Shown piece after piece: positions 58,411 through 64,000 of a stretch of 64,000 bases of DNA. Under the pieces are notes generated by a model that was not told where the DNA came from, made no database searches, and was given only the letters and a program-made list of their open reading frames with translations. Numbering within the stretch: the first letter of the stretch is position 1; each line of letters starts with the position of its first letter. Source of the DNA: Andalucia godoyi And28. Lineage: Eukaryota > Protista > Jakobida. Location: assembly GCA_009859145.1 (NCBI GenBank), contig VRVR01000023.1:139544-203543 (forward strand). Reading direction: 5' to 3'. The position numbers and the translations under genes are program-made.

Positions 58411-60924
58411 TCACATGTATCTTGTGGCAGCATCATCGCGAGGTCGGAATCCTCGAACGAGTGGACGTTGCCGAAGTTCGATCGGAAAGGCTCTGCCGCT
58501 TTCCTCGGCGTTTGCTCGGATCATGGACCCTGTTGTGCGGACCTGGTCTGCGATGTGCACAACGACAGTTTTGTGCTCCGTGGACTCTGCTACTTTCCTC
58601 AGCGAAGCATCCGTGGAATAGGGAGGCAGATCCAGCACCAGCGGGAAAATGTACGCCAGTCTCAGATCTGCGTCATCTGGCGCCTTATCGGTGGCTTGAA
58701 GTGTCGGTGCTGGTGGTGCAACTCGCTTGAATACTCGACGATCGTTGAACGCGACTGCAACCACAGTAGAAACGAAAACCAGGACAGCAATTGAGAAGTA
58801 CGCTTGAGGAAACGCGGATATTGAACTGAAGTAGAGAAACATGTAGGCAGACAGCAGAATCGCCGAGGCACTGAACAGCCTGGCGACCAACAGCAGCTTT
58901 TGCCGATATGCATAGATAGAGTACTCAAAAGTTGACGGGTCTCCGGGCTTGTAGACGTGTGTAATGTTGAATCGATCGACAAGATGGCGAATTGTGATGA
59001 AAACAAGCGCAACGGGGAGCATGAGAGGAACGATGATCGCGTACGTAATCCCAATGGAGCACGCTGCGCATGTACTGGGATAACGCACGGAGTACATAAA
59101 TTCTGGGCGCTCTCTCTTGATTTTTGCTTCCTCGGGAGAGAAAACAGCAGACAACCGAATGATAAACCCTCGAAGAAGATCCAGCGGACGCAGCAGTTGC
59201 ATTGCGTTACCGATAAACGCTTGTTGTACCAAGTAGGAAAAGAACAGCACCTGGGACTGCGGTAGAAATGCTCGACGAAAAGTATCGGACACGTTGTTAC
59301 CGCTCAGATATTCTTGGATGGTGTCAATTGCAGTGACCGCAATGGCTGGTAAGACAAGAGTAGAGAGAATTAGATACACGTAAATTCTCACGAGCACATT
59401 ATAGTCGTCTCGCGAGTATGTATAATTTCCTTCCAGAACGGTTAGGAAACGAATAATCAAAGGGAGTAATTGTGCGGCAATGAAAACAATCAGAGATGGT
59501 AGGTAAGTGAGAAGAAGACTGCGGACAATCTCCGGAAGGAATGTCAGCGAATCTGTTGAGATGAATGACTGGATGAACGCAGCAAGGGCAATGGGAGTCG
59601 AAAAGAACAACAGCATCAGGATCAGGGCGGACTGCACTCCTACGAACCGAAGAATTCTCTCTTGTCGAGAAATGCAAATGAACTTCCATTTGATATCGTT
59701 CGGCTCTGGAGCAAAATCAATTCGATGAATGAGCAAACGCAAGTCTAAATTGGAAGCGTTTCGCACCCTCTTGGCGATCTCGTGGTCGCGAAACATCACA
59801 AACCCCCGCGAGCTCGGCTTTGGCTCTGCTTCGAAGCGAAGCCGGTCGCGACGGAATTCTGCGAGGGCAACAGACTTTTGTTTCTTCCAGTATTCAAATG
59901 TGTTCGTGTAGTGGATGAAGGGAAAGACCCCGTCAAATTCAAACGACTTTGGTGGAGAGACAGTGTCCGGAATCTTGCCTTCTCGGACAGCCTTCCACTG
60001 CCTTCTATACATTTCTCCGTTGGCAAGCACCATCTTTCTGTTGGCATTAAGAATGATTCTCTGATTGTCGATCAAATTTCTAACATCGTAGACCAGCCTG
60101 CAGGACGTAATGTCGTCCGAGGAGCAGGCGGTGACGCTCAAAACGAACTTCCGCAGATCTTCGTCATTGGCCACATACGCAGGCAGATTGTGGAACATCA
60201 AGGAATAGCCCGAAACTTTTCTGGTGATCAGCGATCGGGTAACATCGTTTTCCACGTGGGAAAGATCGAGGTTCGCGACCTGGTCCTCTCGCAGTTCCAT
60301 GTCCGGTGGCTCGTACCAGATCAGCGAATTCGCAGATTTGTTTGCTGCATGCGGTGCGTCCTGTTCTGGCTGATTGGACTGCGTTTTGGAGGGCAGACGC
60401 AATACAACGGGATGGAGCTGGAAGAAAACGACCATCGCGATGGTGACTGTGCAAACGACAGTCATGAGGACTGCATGAACCCACAAGAGATCCGTGTTCT
60501 CGGATACTCGCGATATTGACAACGAGGCAAACCAGCTGTCGGACACGCTCTGCGTCCCATTCGATGTCGCATCCTCTCGTGACGCCCGCATGTGCACGGG
60601 AATCAGTACTCCAAGTGTAAAAGACGATACAACTACAAGCACTATCATCCAGCACTTCTGGAACGTTAGGTATACCGCTGCTTCATGACCAGAGTCTCGG
60701 AGAACGGTATGTACCCGTGGTAAAGTGAAAAAGTTCAATATTTCTTTTTGAATATCCGCATAGCTCTTTGGCTGCGGAAGATCCTGCCTTTCCAGCGCCG
60801 CCTTCCATCGCAGACGACGAATAATCACAAAGAACACGATCAGTATTCCCAGAAAAATGACAAGGCTGAAAACCAGCACCACCGTGACTTGATTGTCCAC
60901 ATTCGTGTTTGTATTGGAATCCAT
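58411..60924 (-). CDS. OSCA/TMEM63 (CSC1-like) mechanosensitive cation channel
   Basis: Multiple TM helices; GHEAAVYLTFQK, GFVMF, APEPNDIKW, DRFNI. Confidence 0.9.
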   Translation of the reverse strand: MDSNTNTNVDNQVTVVLVFSLVIFLGILIVFFVIIRRLRWKAALERQDLPQPKSYADIQKEILNFFTLPRVHTVLRDSGHEAAVYLTFQKCWMIVLVVVSSFTLGVLIPVHMRASREDATSNGTQSVSDSWFASLSISRVSENTDLLWVHAVLMTVVCTVTIAMVVFFQLHPVVLRLPSKTQSNQPEQDAPHAANKSANSLIWYEPPDMELREDQVANLDLSHVENDVTRSLITRKVSGYSLMFHNLPAYVANDEDLRKFVLSVTACSSDDITSCRLVYDVRNLIDNQRIILNANRKMVLANGEMYRRQWKAVREGKIPDTVSPPKSFEFDGVFPFIHYTNTFEYWKKQKSVALAEFRRDRLRFEAEPKPSSRGFVMFRDHEIAKRVRNASNLDLRLLIHRIDFAPEPNDIKWKFICISRQERILRFVGVQSALILMLLFFSTPIALAAFIQSFISTDSLTFLPEIVRSLLLTYLPSLIVFIAAQLLPLIIRFLTVLEGNYTYSRDDYNVLVRIYVYLILSTLVLPAIAVTAIDTIQEYLSGNNVSDTFRRAFLPQSQVLFFSYLVQQAFIGNAMQLLRPLDLLRGFIIRLSAVFSPEEAKIKRERPEFMYSVRYPSTCAACSIGITYAIIVPLMLPVALVFITIRHLVDRFNITHVYKPGDPSTFEYSIYAYRQKLLLVARLFSASAILLSAYMFLYFSSISAFPQAYFSIAVLVFVSTVVAVAFNDRRVFKRVAPPAPTLQATDKAPDDADLRLAYIFPLVLDLPPYSTDASLRKVAESTEHKTVVVHIADQVRTTGSMIRANAEESGRAFPIELRQRPLVRGFRPRDDAATRYM

Positions 60925-61313
60925 ACTTCAAAACACACCTTTTTGTTTTAATCAAAAAAATTTAATATTACGGAACCTGGCACTCATAGCAACAATTTTT
61001 TTTAAAATAAAAAGAAGCTCTGCACGAGATTTGTACAAACTGCATGCTGCTTCCTTTATGTTTATGCAACAACACCAAGATGCAACGTCGAGGTATGTAT
61101 TGGGTACTTCAACTTTCCATGTCTATTCCACGTTCCAATATTTGGAACTTGAATGCGGATCCCAATAGAAGACGAACTGTAAAATAACGATAAATTAAAA
61201 ATTAGAAAAAGAAGAAGACCCCTCCTATCAGGGGAGAGTGGAGTGCTCCTCTCACCAGCGCGCACACAGCACCAGCATATCACAAGTACGTACGAACATA
61301 CACACCTGTGATG

Positions 61314-62693
61314 TCATACGATATAAGCATCGGATCCGGAATACAAGATGCCATCCATTTTGAGACACAACATTAGCAAATCAGTTGTCTTTTCGATGAC
61401 GCCGATTTTGATTTGCGCGGGAACAACTGCATTTTCGTCCCGAGCCTTTTGGTCCTCCAACAAGCCGGCCAGGTCCCGTAAAGCCTCGGGAAGAAATGTG
61501 TGACCCAGCGCTTCCAATCTTGCTGCAAGTTGTCTTTCAAATGTTCCTCCTCCCCAGACGCACATGTCATTCTTCATGCACCTCAGTACACCGATTGCAT
61601 CCTGGACAGATCTGCGCAGCTCTTCTCCGCCTCCCGAGGATGTGCAGAGAATGATGTGTCCAAACGAGCAGCTTTCCTTGCGAAACACGATGAGACCCGT
61701 GTTTTCGACCAGATGCACTGAGTCGCACCGGCCGACAAGTTCCGGCCCTACCACTTTCCAATGGGAGCATATAAACGTTGAACAGACAATGGAGATCCGT
61801 TCGATATCTTTGCCAGTGACCCATGGAATTGCACTGATTCCGGCTTTGGCAAACAGTGCTGACAAGTACTCGTCAATTCTCCACTGACACACGACGACAT
61901 TGACGTTGAGTGCTACAAGGGTTTTCAAAATATTCTGATAAAATTCCTCGATCTCTGCCTTGACTTGCCGAACTTGTGCTACCGAAGTCAGAGTCCATTC
62001 TGTACCCGTCTTCGGCAGACTGAACTCCAATGGACACGAAAAGACCAAGACTCGAGCGTCTTGAACACCACTGGCCATATCCTTGCGTGCAAACGACTTG
62101 TTGTGGATGGCCACTCCTTTATAAAACAAAGAATCGAGGTGATCGCCATGCGACACCACTGCCAACCCCACACGAGAGCACTTTGAGGCATCTTTGCAGA
62201 TGTCGCACAGCAGATCCCGAAAAGGCCGAGGATAATTGTGCAAAATGTACTGCGCGATCTTGGACGCATCGGGCTCTGAAAAGCACAGTTCCGGTATGAT
62301 ACCAAGTGCATCTATGCAGGATTTCATTAGGGATTGTATCGCTGTGGTTGGCGTCAGCGAATGAGAGGAAAACAATTCTCGCAGGAAAGCGTGCGCCAAC
62401 GAAGCAGACATCAGTATCAAAGAAGTGGATCCATCTCCACAGGTCCTTTTTTGCGACTCCGTCGCGTCGAGCAAGAGCTTCGAAATCGGATGTTTTGGAA
62501 GAAGAAGACGAAGACACGTAAGCCCATCATTGCTGATGACGTACGGCCCATTGTTCGGTAAGCATATGAAGTCCAGAGACTGCGGCCCAAACACAGGTTC
62601 CAGCAGTTTTCCAAAATGGACGAGTGTCTGAAGCGACTGTCTAAGAGTCTCCTCTGAGCTGAATCGGCACGGACTGCTACTCATCGTGCACAT
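61314..62693 (-). CDS. Divergent group II chaperonin, CCT5-like apical domain
   Basis: SNDGLT, CGDGSTS, CPLEFSLPKT, VVCQWRID, WVTGKDIERI; about 460 aa. Confidence 0.7.
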   Translation of the reverse strand: MCTMSSSPCRFSSEETLRQSLQTLVHFGKLLEPVFGPQSLDFICLPNNGPYVISNDGLTCLRLLLPKHPISKLLLDATESQKRTCGDGSTSLILMSASLAHAFLRELFSSHSLTPTTAIQSLMKSCIDALGIIPELCFSEPDASKIAQYILHNYPRPFRDLLCDICKDASKCSRVGLAVVSHGDHLDSLFYKGVAIHNKSFARKDMASGVQDARVLVFSCPLEFSLPKTGTEWTLTSVAQVRQVKAEIEEFYQNILKTLVALNVNVVVCQWRIDEYLSALFAKAGISAIPWVTGKDIERISIVCSTFICSHWKVVGPELVGRCDSVHLVENTGLIVFRKESCSFGHIILCTSSGGGEELRRSVQDAIGVLRCMKNDMCVWGGGTFERQLAARLEALGHTFLPEALRDLAGLLEDQKARDENAVVPAQIKIGVIEKTTDLLMLCLKMDGILYSGSDAYIV

Positions 62694-63061
62694 ACGGTGT
62701 GCATGTACGCTTGGGGGGAAGGGAGAAGGGGGAAGGGGGGCTTCGCTCAGACTCGTATCATCCAAAGACGGGACTTTGATGTTTGATCTTTTGTATCGGA
62801 AGGAAACGATCTCTTATATATATTTATATATATATATATATTAAGTATATTTGCTCTTCGTTTTCTTTTTCTTTTTTTGAGTTTGTTTGAGTTCTCTCTT
62901 CGTATTCATACATCGGATTCGCTGATGTTGAAAGTCCAACGCAGCGTCGAAGGTGGTTGCAGTTTTATTATTATTTTTTATTTTGCAAGAACGCCCGTTT
63001 CCCCTAGCTTTGTGCGCGCCCAAATTCATTCCGCGCACGTACGCATTTGCGCACAGACCGT

Positions 63062-63910
63062 ATGAACATAGGCGTTCCGGCGGATCATGCGTTGATCCTC
63101 AGTCTCAATGTTTATGAATCTTGCCTGATTCGCGACAGGGACGCAAGAGAGGAATTTTGGAGGCGCATTGGGCCGCAGCAGCCGGATGTTGTCTGCTTCC
63201 AAGAGGACAGCAGCAAGCGAGGACAGGTGCTGCTTGGCGACGCGTACGTACGAGTAACAAAGCACCAGAATAGTATTTTTGTGCATCGGCGCTGTACGAT
63301 TGTAGATTCCAACATGTTTGAAAGTGAGATCGAGCTGCCTTCCACAAAGTTCGAAGATGACAGACGGACTGCCGCGATGGTGGTGGTGCAAACTCGGTCG
63401 CGGTCTTTCAAGCTTTTGACCACGCATTTGCTTGGAGGAAGATACGACGATGTGCATTACAAGGAGCTTCAATTCCAACGAACGCAGCAGCTGAAGCCGA
63501 TCGTGGATTCTCGACCCGACGTGATTGTCGCAGACTTCAATTCGATAAGTCGGGATCGATTTGCGAATCACAGAGCCAGTATTTGTCGCTACTTTCGAGG
63601 CAATTTGAAGGCGGAGGATGAATTGGCTGTGGAAGAGTACATGACGAATGGCCATTCGTATCTTGACTCGTGCGGTTTCGCTGCTGTGGATCCGCCAGCA
63701 GAAACCAGTTCACGGGGTCACATACCCGTGGATTGGCTATACTACCGCGCATGCGATGGCCCACCGGCGTGCAAGTACATTGCAATGTACCCGGATGCGT
63801 CATTGTGTCCAAACGATCCGGGTCTGGTTGCCCTGTCAGACCATCACGGTATTCTGTTTGAGATGCGAGAACCCTCGACAGTACTGCAGCGAAGAGAGAA
63901 AATTGAATGA
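63062..63910 (+). CDS. Endonuclease/exonuclease/phosphatase family protein
   Basis: SLNV, DVVCFQE, TTHL, VADFNS, VDWL, SDHH. Confidence 0.85.
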   Translation: MNIGVPADHALILSLNVYESCLIRDRDAREEFWRRIGPQQPDVVCFQEDSSKRGQVLLGDAYVRVTKHQNSIFVHRRCTIVDSNMFESEIELPSTKFEDDRRTAAMVVVQTRSRSFKLLTTHLLGGRYDDVHYKELQFQRTQQLKPIVDSRPDVIVADFNSISRDRFANHRASICRYFRGNLKAEDELAVEEYMTNGHSYLDSCGFAAVDPPAETSSRGHIPVDWLYYRACDGPPACKYIAMYPDASLCPNDPGLVALSDHHGILFEMREPSTVLQRREKIE

Positions 63911-63959
63911 CAGCAGGGTGAGCACAACACATATTGCGTTTGAAAGTTGGGGTTGGTTG

Positions 63960-63962
<3 letters not shown>

Positions 63963-63999
<37 letters not shown>
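63963..63999 (+). repeat. (GA)n microsatellite at the window end
   Basis: Read directly. Confidence 0.9.

Positions 64000-64000
<1 letters not shown>

Noticed and set aside
1-64000. Intact autonomous Fanzor or TnpA gene
   Set aside because: All remnants are internally deleted and frameshifted; I found no RuvC-I or serine recombinase catalytic domain
1-64000. tRNA, rRNA or spliceosomal snRNA genes
   Set aside because: No diagnostic motifs recognised by eye; a covariance-model scan would be needed to exclude them

Overview
Gene-dense, nearly intron-free eukaryotic (protist-like) genomic DNA with about 33 protein-coding genes and many (GA)n/(CA)n microsatellites. Only two spliceosomal introns could be clearly resolved, and the organism cannot be identified from sequence alone. 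Recognisable genes encode RCC1-BTB, eIF2D, PinX1, Med10, purple acid phosphatase, SEC14, COMT-like, LSG1, a ubiquitin-like protein, NBAS/ROD-like, U1A/U2B''-like, a HAD hydrolase, OSCA/TMEM63, a divergent CCT5-like chaperonin and an EEP protein. The main discovery is five dispersed, internally deleted IS607-type/Fanzor2 (eukaryotic TnpB) elements in two subfamilies: A at 7940-8493(+) and 44896-45678(-); B at 10385-11112(+), 29074-29482(+) and 57047-57473(-). All five follow a genomic CCG on the left, end in GTAGGCG on the right, carry Fanzor RuvC-II/Zn-finger/RuvC-III remnants, and keep a structured right end (candidate omegaRNA) followed by a different flank (candidate guide). Family A also keeps the start of an IS607 TnpA HTH. 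No intact Fanzor or TnpA gene is in the window. Other notable items are a class I-like PI3K fused to a RasGEF module, a four-member unrecognised protein family (N-x-[ST]-x-[FM]PVR...QGWQ, three with MG N-termini) and a frameshifted alpha/beta hydrolase.
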